Of a stretch of 64,000 bases of DNA, positions 49,942 to 61,881 are shown in pieces (within the stretch, counting starts at the first letter, position 1; each line of letters begins with the position of its first letter). Source of the stretch: Amoebidium appalachense (lineage: Eukaryota; Protista; Ichthyosporea); NCBI GenBank assembly GCA_963693365.1, contig CAVNZM010000005.1:12547728-12611727 (forward strand), written 5' to 3'. The notes below the pieces were generated by a model. The model made no database searches, was not told the DNA's origin, and saw nothing but the letters and a program-made list of their open reading frames with translations. A program made the translations under genes and the position numbers.

Positions 49942-50743
49942 GGGGGGGCTGCTTTTTGCCGAACAGATTTAATGCTAATCAGTAATAAACGCTAAATTTG
50001 CTGGAATGCCAAGTACGAGCGAGAAATCCAATGCTGCTAATAGTGGTGGACAAAATCTGCCTCAGACGTAACCATTGAATTCATTTTGTTAGATAATCTC
50101 TGATTGTATGGGCAATGTACATAGTAAAAGAACCACACACCGGGATATTGTAGTAAACACTACCAACATGGTTCATATGAAAAAGGTAAAACCCATTCAT
50201 GCTACCCCCTTCGCCTCCCCCTTCCCCCCCCCCCCCTCCAACCACCACCACCACCACCACCACCGCTGTGGCACCACCCGCTACTTGCACCTGTGCACGG
50301 GGGATACTATAACATTTGTGGGGTTAACACTACTACACCACGCGTGCCCTTATCTATCTTCTTGCCGGTCACTTGTGGTGCCAAGAGAGTTCATTCGGTC
50401 AGCATCAAGATGTGTGTGTTTTAGGCATGTATTGAACGGGTTTTTGTGTAGAGGAAGTTATTATAGCTGTATGGCATCATGTGTGCATGTGGACCATGTG
50501 CAATCAAAGGTTTCTCATGGAGAAGGAAAGAGTTGTGTGCATGTTTGTACATGTTTTTGCCAAAAAAGCGCACGTGCACATGCATGAAACTTTCCATTGA
50601 AATGGTGCATGATTTGATGCTGTATGCACACGTTTGCCCTTTGCATTTGTGCCTCCGTGTGTCCGCATGCATGTGCACTGTGCCTGCTTGTACATGTGTG
50701 CGCGTGTCACGCGTGAGCATATGAATCCCCCACCCTCCCCCCG

Positions 50744-50777
<34 letters not shown>

Positions 50778-50936
50778 CCCCCTCTGCACGCACACACACA
50801 CACACACCTGCCCTCCACTTAACGGTAATGGGGACGTGAGGGGCTGGGATGAAAAGAACGGGGAGAAGAGAAGTGGGGGAGAGAAGGGGGGGGAGGGGGG
50901 GGGGGAGGGGGATACCGCGCTGAAGGACCTACTTAA

Positions 50937-52203
50937 TCCTAGTGCATCGGCCTTGGCTCACGTTGTGTCATAGAACAGAAGATGGGGGGGGGGGGGGGGG
51001 GGGGGGGGGGAAGGGGGGGGGGGGGGGGGGGGGGGGGAATGTTCCAGAAAACACAAGTACTGGTGACTGGCACGTTTCCTTGTGTGGATTTGTGTGTGCT
51101 GGCATGTGCTTGTGTGTGCTTATGTATGCTTGTAGGTACTTCTGTGTGCGTGTGTGCTTCTGTGTGCTTCTGTGTTGGTGTGTGCTTGCAATTGTGTGTG
51201 CTGGTGTGATGGTGTGTATCTGTGTGTGCTAGTGTGTATGTGTGTGCTTCGGTGTGCTTTTGTGTCCTTTGTATGCTGGTGTGTGCTTGTATGCTGGCTG
51301 CTAATAAAATAATATAAAACCGGTGTGTCCTAAATGTGCACCCACCCATGGGTGTGTGCCTGCCGGCCTGATTCGTATGTCCCCTTCCTCTCTCATTTGC
51401 CACGAGACCTCCCACCTCCCCCTCTCCCCTCTCCCCCCTCCCCCCCCCTCCCCCCTCCCTCCCCCCTTCCCCCCCCCCCCCTCTCCTAGGCCTCCCCCCT
51501 CCTCCCCCCCCCCCCCCCCTCTCCGCCCCCCCTTTTAGCGGAGTGGTGTTGGAGAAAGTGTGTCGACGGAACTTCAAAAAAAGGCCTTCTAACCCCTATC
51601 ACAAATTCAAAGGAAGGCCTCTCCGTCGTCCGTGGACTCTAACTCCCCCGGTTCTCTACCCCCTCCCCCCCCCCCCCCCCCCCGAGGGGGGGGGGGGGCA
51701 AAAAAAAACAAAAAAAAACAAACAAAAAAAAAAACTCCATGTTTCCCGCTGGTTGCCCTCTATCCCCCCCCCCCCCCCCCCCCCCCCCCACCCCCACCCC
51801 CCCACCTTTCGGCCCCCCCCCCCCCCCCCCCCCCCCTCCCCCTTCCAATCCTTCCTCCATGGCTATTTTCCAACATGTGCCCCCCGCACCCCCCAACCCA
51901 CATTTTCCTATACAGCACCCCCCCCCCCCTCCCCCCCCCCCCCCCCCCCGGGGCCCCCTCACCAACCCATTCCGACACGGCCTAGACCCGTGACCCCCAG
52001 ATCCACAAGATGACCAATTGTCCAGGAAGAAAGGGGAAGTAAGAGGGGCTTGAGGGGCCGGGATGAAAAACACGGGGACTCAGATGTAGGAGGGGAAAGG
52101 GGGGGAGGTAGGGGGTAGGAGGGGCAATCCCAAGTTTGAAAACTAAGAAGCTTAGCCAGATACCTAATTTACACATGGGTGATTGGAAATAGTCGGAGAA
52201 AAA

Positions 52204-52235
<32 letters not shown>

Positions 52236-53830
52236 CAGGTATGCACGGGAGAGGGGGGGGAGGAGGGGGGGGGGAGAGGTGGATACAGAGCCGACGAACC
52301 TGCTTGTTCCTAGTGCATCGGCCTCGGCTCACGTGCTGTCGTAAAAACAGAAGATGGGGGGGAAGGGGGGGGGGGAGGGGGGGGGGGGGGCGGGGGGGGG
52401 GGGGGGGGGGGGAGGGGGGATGTTTCAGAAAACACAAGTATTGGTGACTGGCACGTTTCCTTGTGTGCTCTTGTGTGTGCTGTGTGTAGTGTGTGCTTGT
52501 GCGTGTGCTTATGTGTGCTTGTGTGCATTTGTGTGTGCTTATGTGTGCTTGTGTGTATTTATGTGTGCTTATGTGTGCTTGTGTATATCTGTGTGTGCTT
52601 GTGTGTATTTGTGTGTGCTAGGTGCTCTTTCAAGTTGTGTGTGCTTGTGTGCGCACACGGTGTGATTGTGTATGCTTGTAGGTGCTTTTGTGTGCTTGTG
52701 TGTGCTTCTGTGTGCTTCTGTGTTGGTGTGTGCTTGCAATTGTGTGTGCTGGTGTGATGGTGTGTATCTGTGTGTGCTAGTGTGTATGTGTGTGCTTCGG
52801 TGTGCTTTTGTGTCCTTTGTATGCTGGTGTGTGCTTGTATGCTGGCTGCTAATAAAATAATATAAAACCGGTGTGTGCTAAATGTGCACCCACGTATGGG
52901 TGTGTGCCTGCCGACCAGATTCGTATGTCCTCTTCCCCTCCCCTTTACTACGAGACCTCCCATCTCAACCTCCCCCCTCCCCCCCCCCTCCCCCCTTTCC
53001 AATCCTCCCCCCTTTCCAATCCTCCCCCCTTTCCAATCCTCCCCCCTTTCCAATCCTCCCCCCTTTCCAATCCTCCCCCCTTTCCAATCCTCCCCCCTTT
53101 CCAATCCTCCCCCCTTTCCAATCCTCCCCCCTTTCCAATCCTCCCCCCTTTCCAATCCTCCCCCCTTTCCAATCCTCCCCCCTTTCCAATCCTCCCCCCT
53201 TTCCAATCCTCCCCCCTTTCCAATCCTCCCCCCTTTCCAATCCTCCCCCCTTTCCAATCCTCCCCCCTTTCCAATCCTCCCCCCTTTCCAATCCTCCCCC
53301 CTTTCCAATCCTCCCCCCTTTCCAATCCTCCCCCCTTTCCAATCCTCCCCCCTTTCCAATCCTCCCCCCTTTCCAATCCTCCCCCCTTTCCAATCCTCCC
53401 CCCTTTCCAATCCTCCCCCCTTTCCAATCCTCCCCCCTTTCCAATCCTCCCCCCTTTCCAATCCTCCCCCCTTTCCAATCCTCCCCCCTTTCCAATCCTC
53501 CCCCCTTCCCCACCTCCCCCACCCCTTTCCCCCCCCCCCCTCCCCCGCCCCCACCTCTTAGCGGAGTGGTGTTGGAGAAAGAGTGTCGACGGAAAAACAA
53601 AGACAAAGACCTTCCAACCCCTATCACAAATTCAAAGGAAAGCCCCTCCGTCGTCCGTGGACTCTAACTCCCCCCGTTCCCTACTCCCCCCCCCCCCCCC
53701 CCCCTCCTCCCCCACCCCCGGGGCCAAAAAAAAAAAAAAAAAAAAAAAAAAGAGGCTCCACGTTCCCAGCTGGCTGCCCTCTATCCCACTCCCCTCTCCT
53801 TCCCCCCCTTCCCCCCCCTCTCCCCCCCCT

Positions 53831-53861
<31 letters not shown>

Positions 53862-54075
53862 TCCCCCCGCCCCCCCCCACCCTCGGGAGCCCCTCCCCCC
53901 TTTCCGCCCCGCCCCCCCTTCTACTCCTTCCTCCATGGCTATTTCCCAACATGTTGTGCCCACCCACATTTTCCTATACAGCACCCCCCCCCCCCCCCCC
54001 CCTGGCCCCCTCACCAACCCATGCCCCCTCACCAACCCACTGCCACACGGCCAAGTATCCGTGACCCCCAGATTC
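50937..54075. repeat. Local tandem duplication (about 50937-52010 and 52308-54075)
   Basis: Shared anchors in the same order: TCCTAGTGCATCGGCCT, CAGAAAACACAAGTA, GCTAATAAAATAATATAAAACCGG, TTAGCGGAGTGGTGTTGGAGAAA, CCGTGACCCCCAGAT. Confidence 0.85.
52990..53505. repeat. 17-bp minisatellite CCCCCCTTTCCAATCCT, about 30 perfect copies
   Basis: Homogeneous tandem array. It explains the repetitive GGRIGKGGGLERGEDWK ORFs. Confidence 0.95.
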
Positions 54076-55397
54076 ACAAGATTACAATTTGTTCAGGCAG
54101 ATGTTGGATTCGGTTCCTTGCCAAAACAGGGCGGACAGGAGGGTGCGCAAGAGATAGAGACAGATAGGCACGGTAAGGGGATTTGGTTTTTTTTTTCATT
54201 TTATTTTATTAAGCTATTTGTCTTGTTTTTATTTTTTTTTTTTATTCATGGGGGGGGGGGGGGGGGGGGGATTTTTTTTTTTTTTTTGGGGGGGGGGGGG
54301 GGCATGGGGAAGGAAAAATATTACCCTAGCAGCTATATCTCATATAGTGCATGCCCACCTGCTTTGCCAATAGCCAATAGATATGGGTCTCTGATATGAT
54401 GATCAAATTCACTCTCATTATAATGCAAATCTGCTCTACATATCATATATGCTGGCGCGATCAGAAGTGACGGCCGGTGCTCTTGATTCTACTAACTTTG
54501 CTTGCTATTGATGCTGGTAGGTACTGGTGGCTGAGCCGATAGTACATAACAATGTAGAGAACCCTTCGGTGTGCGGTTGTATGCGAGGATCCGGGCACTG
54601 TGTGTGTGCGTGTGTGTGCTGGTCCCGGTGCATGTGCGTTCTCATGTGCGGACGTGTGAGTCTAGTTGTCGTGAATATATGTGCACGTGGGTGTGCGCCA
54701 TTCTGTGTGTCTTCGTGAGATATGCATCCCTGCATGTGTGACATGGCTGATTGATAGCCTATAATAGTAACCTCAAAATTTATGCATATATGGTACGGCA
54801 AGAAGAAAAAGGTAAACCTCCCTCCGCCCCCCCCCCCCCCCCCCCCCCCCCCTCCCTGCGCGCAAAAAAAAAAAAAAAAAGAAAAGAAAAAAAGGGAAAG
54901 ATAGACAGAAAAGGAAACAAGAGGAAAAGAAAGGAGGAAGAGGGGGGGGGGAGGGGGGGGGAGAGGGGGTTGGAGAGGGAGGGAAAGGAAGAAGACAAAA
55001 AGAAACCCCCAGTTCCCTCCCCAAGCCACCAAGATTCCAATCTCCACTTCATCTCCTTACTCTCTCCACTATACAACCAAAGCTCAGCAATCCTTCCAAT
55101 CTTACCCCCCCCCTCCCCCCCCCCCCCCCTTCCATCCCTCCCCCCAGCGATTGCAAGTGTGATAAACAGTACGTGGGCCTGCGTATCATTTGAGGTGCTG
55201 AGACACAGCCTTGAATGTTTAGGGGGTGTAGGCTGCGTTTTTGCGGGAGAATTGGGCCGCGGAGGGGGGGTGAGGGGGAAAAGATACTAATTTAGAGTAT
55301 TTTTACGTAGTGCCCAGTTTGTAAGGGGAATGCAGAAGTGAAAGGGTTAAGAAAAAATGGGGGGGGGGGGGGGGGGGAGAGGGTGTGTGTGTGGCGG

Positions 55398-55428
<31 letters not shown>

Positions 55429-56052
55429 CTGTACATAAACCCTGGAAACAACTTGTTGGAAGTCAAGGAATACAAAATTTAATCATTCCTTTGGGGCAGT
55501 TCCAGATTGCCCAATTGCTACGTGCCCTGTGGCACGGTGGTATCAACACAGTCTGTTGACACATTTACAGTACTACATCACTGTCAGCTATGTGAATCAG
55601 TGTTAAACAAGTCTTAAGTGCTCACAAGTATTCTCTATGGAAACCATTGTCGAGCAACCATTATGAACAGCTGGCCTAATGTGCATTTGTGTCGTCTTAA
55701 AGAGTTTTGTTTTTGCTGGTGTAATTACTTGTGCAAGCACAGAAATATGAAGTGTTATGCGTGGACCGTCGTTTGCTTCGCTCCCATGCAAAAACGGTTC
55801 TCATTCGTTTTTCTCATTTACTAACGTGTTTCTTTGTGTTATATCCAACATACCCTCCGGATGTTTCCGGCTCATTCGTAAAAAAAAGAAAAGCATTCCT
55901 ATACCATAAACATTTCCCCTTTTCCCAAAGTGTTTGGGGGTTGTTTGGTCAATTTCGGTTTTCAAGTTGTTTTTCGCTGGTCCGTTTGGTCTCCAGGCGG
56001 TTCAAAGTTTCGCTTTCGACGATCATTCTCGTTTTTTCGTTTCGTTTTTCGC

Positions 56053-57477
56053 TCAAAGGCGTGCCAGCAGGTCGTTCTGCGAGACAGGCTGCATGTCCAG
56101 GCCAAGCATAGGTGTGGTGTCGTGCTCTGTGTTGACATAAAACACGCTAGCAAGTTCCATGCCGTTGAACCGTGTGGCCGAACCACGTGTGTATGCGCCC
56201 ATGTGCTCCATTAGCAGCCAATCACCCACGTGCAGCTCCGGCAGCATAAGATCCGTTCCCACACAGTCAATGCTATCACACGTAGGCCCCCAGAGAGATG
56301 CAGAAAACATGTCGTCATCTTTTCCCGTGGGTGTATCCAGCGGGTTGGCGTATGCACCGTGACGGCGGAGAACAACAGGCTGAAGGGTAACGTGGTCAAA
56401 CACGGTGCAGTTGAGTGCGCCGTAGACACCATCACTCAGATAGTACATGTAGCGTGGTTTGGGGTTAGCCATGACCTCTGCTTGCACGGGCGGGAGGGCT
56501 GGTGCCTGCTCGTCGTCAGAGGAGCCCTCCATGTCGCTTGCCGTCTCAACACCAGAATCCTCCTCTGATGCAGTGCGTGCAACCGAAAGGGCTGTGGTTT
56601 TGTCGTAAATGACACGACGTCCAATCACACTCACGGCCAGCTTGTGGCATGATGTTGCGTAGTAGCGGCCTGGCTCGGCAATGATGCGCACACCACAAGA
56701 GGCAGGGAAGAAGGAGTCCAATGCCTCACGTAGCACGCTGGAAATTTCAGCAAACGACACCGTGCCATCATCAACACCAGGGAACCCACCACCAAGGTCC
56801 AAGAAGTTGAAATCATAGCCAAGCTCAGCAGCGAGGTTGAAGGCACCACGGGCACGCATAACAGCATCACGGAAAGCGTCGGCGCTAAAGTTGCCGCTGC
56901 CAACGTGGAAGGAGACACCCACCACGTTCAGACCCAGTCCCTTTGCCGTGTGCACTAGGGGGGCAATGCGCTCGGGGGCGGCACCAAACTTCTTTCCCAG
57001 AGCAGAGGTGGAGCGCGAGTCATCTGTCAGAATGCGCAACACCAACTGAGCCTCGGGAAAGTACTGCTTGATCTTGTAGAGCTCGTCTGCGTTATCGAAC
57101 GTCATGCGTTTCACCCCCACACTGCGTGTGTATTGCAGGTAGGGGATGGCCTTGCATGGGTGGGCGTAGATGATATGTTCCGGGGCAACACCCATGGCAA
57201 GCACAGTCTCGATCTCTGCCTTGCTGGCACAGTCAAATCCGGCACCCATAGAATGAAGTATGTGCAATATGGCGGGGTCGCTGTTGCATTTCATGGCGTA
57301 AAACGGTTCTACACGGGGCAGCTGGTGCAAAAACTCACGGTGCTTGCGCAACACCTCCCCTACATCGACAAGAAACATGGCCTGGCTGGAGTGCGGGTCT
57401 GCATCAACCAGCCCGCCCAATGCCTGCCGTGCAGCGGCATGGGCGACGCCGGAAGCAGAAGAAACCTCACACACCAT
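56053..57477 (-). CDS. ODC1: Ornithine decarboxylase (eukaryotic fold-type III PLP enzyme), intronless
   Basis: PFYAMKCNS (PLP lysine), GFDCASKAE, TFDNADEL, SFHVGSG, LDLGGGFPG, AEPGRYY, WGPTCDSID, MGAYT. ATG at 57477. Confidence 0.95.
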   Translation of the reverse strand: MVCEVSSASGVAHAAARQALGGLVDADPHSSQAMFLVDVGEVLRKHREFLHQLPRVEPFYAMKCNSDPAILHILHSMGAGFDCASKAEIETVLAMGVAPEHIIYAHPCKAIPYLQYTRSVGVKRMTFDNADELYKIKQYFPEAQLVLRILTDDSRSTSALGKKFGAAPERIAPLVHTAKGLGLNVVGVSFHVGSGNFSADAFRDAVMRARGAFNLAAELGYDFNFLDLGGGFPGVDDGTVSFAEISSVLREALDSFFPASCGVRIIAEPGRYYATSCHKLAVSVIGRRVIYDKTTALSVARTASEEDSGVETASDMEGSSDDEQAPALPPVQAEVMANPKPRYMYYLSDGVYGALNCTVFDHVTLQPVVLRRHGAYANPLDTPTGKDDDMFSASLWGPTCDSIDCVGTDLMLPELHVGDWLLMEHMGAYTRGSATRFNGMELASVFYVNTEHDTTPMLGLDMQPVSQNDLLARL

Positions 57478-57576
57478 CACGCTCTGTTATGTGATTGTTT
57501 GTTGCTGTTTCTGAGACGCGAAACGTGAGGGCGCAACGCAGCACGCAACGTATGATACGCAAGTGTAAAGATCTCG

Positions 57577-57612
57577 ACTGAAAGAGATTCTGGGAAGTCC
57601 GCGGTTTTTATA
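57577..57612 (-). promoter_or_regulatory. TATA box plus TCAGT initiator of ODC
   Basis: Minus-strand TATAAAAA at 57612-57605 and TCAGT at 57581-57577. Confidence 0.55.
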
Positions 57613-58424
57613 CCCTTGTCGCCCCTTATGGCATGTAATGAATCCAATAATGAACTTGGCTTGCTGATACGAAAAGCAGTGCGTGACATTCATCAATTCA
57701 TACGGCTTTAGAAAGTTTAGATATTGTTATCAATTTATGATTGGATTAAAAAAGGATATACAGATTGACAAGCCACTCGTCGCTGCGCGAGCAAGTTTGC
57801 TTTGGCCGCTTAGGTGGCTCAGTCCAGATCTTGCGTGCATTCCGGCCTTTGGAGAATTTTGCACGGCGAATAACGAGGGAAATGAGTATGAACTAGATAA
57901 CATGGATGCAAATTATGCGGTATTGCGATATAGTAAGTCAATTTTTCACATAAAAATAGTCTTTTGCTTTTCTTTAATAGGCATTTACATGCTACAAACC
58001 AGCAACAGCAGCAGGCTTTGCCATCTTCAAAACCGGTTTGGCAACTCGGAAAACACCAATCACCTTTTGCCGTCCATCTTATTGGCTAAATACGCATCCA
58101 ATAGGTGACTGCATAGATCTGCTGGCAGAGGCGTGCAAAATGACTTGGCGTAAACGGTGGTTTTGATCAGCCCAGGGCCTCCAGGCCAAGATGATGTCAT
58201 GGTGGCCTAAACACGGCAAGCAAGCTCTGTCGATATTTTTGCATTCATGATCATAGCGAGATTATCTGCCATAATAATATGTACCGGTGAAAACCGGGTT
58301 GTCACAAAGGGAGTGCGTGTGCACGTGTGAAATGCCACCCTCGATGACTCTGCCCAAAGATACAGTACAAGACTAGTCTTGTATCTTTGGGCGGAGTCAT
58401 GGAGGGGGGAGTCAGATCTGGGGC

Positions 58425-58725
<301 letters not shown>

Positions 58726-58945
58726 AGATAAAAAGAGAGAAAGAAAGACTCGAAGAGAGAGCGATAGAGCGAGGGCGACCTGGCCAGATCTAGCGAGAGA
58801 GGGGGGGGGCCGGGGGGGGGAGGGGGTTGGAGGGAAGAGGCCGGAGAGAGAGGCTCGGTGTGTGTGTTTGTGTGTGTGTGTGCAAACACACATGCATGTG
58901 TGTGACTGCGCGTGTGTCTGTGTGTTGCCAATGGTGTGGGTGCGG

Positions 58946-58979
<34 letters not shown>

Positions 58980-59039
58980 ATGTGTGTGTTGTTTGTTTTT
59001 ACGAAATTTAAAGGGATTGGCATGGGTGTATGTGAAGAA

Positions 59040-60580
59040 TAAATTGGGTGATGTGCAAATAACCTAAGTAAGCAAGCTTCAAAGAATCTACGAACAACCT
59101 GGGTTAGTGTGATGGGGCGAAAAGATGATATGCCGGCCGTCAGAATCCTTCTTAACTATGGGGATCACTAAGGTATCTAACCAAGATGACGGGACATGTC
59201 CACATTTAACACACCAAGAAAAGAGAGAGCTTAACATACTAGTAAGATCAGGTTTAATAGCACGATCACTTTCCTTTTGTGGGTAGGAGGGAACAAGGAT
59301 TTTAAGAAACCCAGCAGGAAGTCCATCAGGTCCACAAGACTTACTAGAGCTATTACTAGATATCACAGACCATAATATGGTATCGGGACTGAAAAAGGGG
59401 AGGATCGATTCTATGGGGATAGATGGGTCTACAGGCCACACAATAGGTTTCTGAGCGGGGGTCCTATCTTTAAACAGTTCCGAGAAATACTTATCAGAGT
59501 CTATGAGGGGGTCTCCAGTGGTATCACCAATAATACGATTTTCAGGGTACTGCGCTGCGCACTTTGTTTCGTACTCGGTTTGTGCCTCCCTTAATCAGTA
59601 TGTTTGGATTGTCGTCTGCTGTTTGTCGTATGGAGGAATTGTCTCTTCGTTTTTGTTTTCATTTAGTTAGGATACCTGATGGTCACCCTCTTTATGCTTT
59701 CTTTCCCCCCCCTCCCTCCATCCCTTTTCCCCCCCAATTCACCAACGCTACTTCTGAATGTCCTCAGCCTACCCTCTTTCAACCTGATTCTTCCTCTCGC
59801 TATCTCACTCCCACTTTCTTTTCTCTTCCTGTTTTTTCTGCCTTTTCGCGTTATTACCATACGCAGTATAAGTTTCTTTCTCGTTCTGATACAGAATTCA
59901 AAGGTAAAACTCAGTCGGCATGTGTTATGTTCCTTAGGCAACACCGTACTGATTTGGGAGCTTTGGCAGGATACATTTCTCCTGCTGTACGTATGGATAC
60001 CACCCTAGTAGATAAGTCTGTATGGTGCTCTGATGTTGATATTGCCTGGGAAGTTGTGCAGTGGCGCTGTAATTCTTGTTTTCATCGCCGCTGGTGCCAC
60101 TTTTGTGCTGAACTTTTTAATCGCAAGCATGTTGATAGGTGTGAGTTTTTATGTCGCGTTTTACCTCTTTCCCTACGGGTGTCTGCTACACTAGCTGGCA
60201 ATGTGAACACTTTAGACTTTTTGTTGAATTCTGTTGGTCGTCACATTGAGTATTTATATGATTTTCACACAATGTTCAGGTATCTTAGTATGCACTTGTT
60301 ACTGGATAACTCGTGAAGTTTTTATTGTCTTCTCAGTATGCCGTGCATACTTGCATATCTTTCCGTCGAATAAATCCAGTCAAAAGAAAAAAAAAATAAT
60401 ACGAGCAGGGCCCGGGGGCCAAATCGATTCATACTAGTAAGCCGGCGCAAGCTTTCCTTTTGAGACAGGGGCTTACCTATTCTAGCGGGAGTGGTATTTG
60501 GTAACAAGAGAGCATCGATATATTCCTTCCTACCACCACCAGCATAATCACCGAGATCCGTAATCATCAACAATAACGTT
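59040..60580 (-). mobile_element. Degenerate non-LTR retrotransposon fragment (pre-RT and RT N-terminus), interrupted by another LINE
   Basis: KSCGPDGLPAGFLK, SWLDTLVIPIVKK, and frameshifted FRPITLTQVVRRFFE. The reading frame PARIIGDTT.. is restored across the insertion. Confidence 0.75.
59539..60394 (+). mobile_element. 5'-truncated LINE 3' end with poly(A)
   Basis: ORF ending in a Cys/His motif (WRCN..CHFC..HVDRC). AATAAA at 60369 followed by an A-tail. TSD AATAATACGA (59529-59538, 60395-60404). Confidence 0.8.
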
Positions 60581-61133
60581 AGTGCATGTATCTAGTACGA
60601 GATGTGAATCTGGTCTGGCTTGTGCAGATTCTAATAGGCGCATATATATATAGGGTGTTTCGTTGCATAGCATACACATACATCAACTTTACCCCACTGT
60701 GATTTGAGCTGGGATAGACGGATGCGAAAGGTGGGAGGAGGAGGAGGGAGCAGATTAAGGGAGATCTTAGGTAGGAAAAGGATAGGAGAGCGGTCAGATG
60801 ACCTAGAGAGGTTAGGAGGGAGAGAGAGTTTTGACATGGTTGATGGCCAAAAGGCCACTCCGAGTCCCCAGTCGGTGTTGTGGGCATGGGATATTTGAGG
60901 GAACCCCAAAGTGTAACTTTGGACATACCCTGCTAAAGGGATAGCGCGCTCCGGGGGCTTAGAATATATGTAAATATATGTAAATATACAGCGTAAATAT
61001 ATATATGAATATATATGGATATATGGATATATACTATGATAATTATATGCAACTTGCGGGTGACCCCTCTGGAGTGGCATCTTTTGAGCTACCGGTCATG
61101 CATGGATCATTTTCTAAGTATGAGTAAGAGTAC

Positions 61134-61180
<47 letters not shown>

Positions 61181-61470
61181 GCGGCTTATGTCACAGGACC
61201 TCTGTATGTTTTTTTGCTTCTTTCTTCTTTCTTTCTTTCAGAAATTTTCTTCAGAATCTTTCTTCCTCTCCTTCTTTCAGCTTTCTTTCTTTCTTTCTTC
61301 TTCTTGAAACACACACACGTGCGCGCGCGTGCAGGCACACGCGCTCGTACGCACACACCCACACAGTACTCACAGAGTACACAAACACACAGTCACACAC
61401 ACACGCACACACACACACACGCAAACGCACACATACACACACACACAGCACGCACACAACACACACACGT

Positions 61471-61505
<35 letters not shown>

Positions 61506-61881
61506 CACACACACACACACACACACACACGGTGACACACGCACACACACGCACACGCACAGACACACACGCACACAGACACACACACACACACAGACGT
61601 ACAGTGTCACACACACACACACACGCACGCACACACGCACACACACACACACACACGCACACACACAGACACGCGCACACACACACACACACACAAACAC
61701 ACAAACACAGACAAACACACACAAATCATCATCGGATTAAGTTTACCGCATGCATACCATGAAACAATCTGGCAAGCACTACACAATACGTGAGCCGCTG
61801 ACAAGGGGCACGTTCAACTGGGCACGTTCGAATAGAATCATCGGATATGGATGCTGGAAAAATGCACGCATAATACTCACG

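Noticed and set aside
52559-54064. Long repetitive ORFs or a telomere array
   Set aside because: Products of the stop-free 17-bp minisatellite; it is internal and not a known telomere unit.
57477-57696. Regulatory uORF of ODC
   Set aside because: The listed ORFs start upstream of the predicted TATA/Inr, and no AUG or PPW-type uORF is visible in the inferred 5' UTR.
59040-60394. Twin-priming 5' inversion of one LINE
   Set aside because: The TSD flanks only the plus-strand part, and the minus-strand frame continues on both sides.
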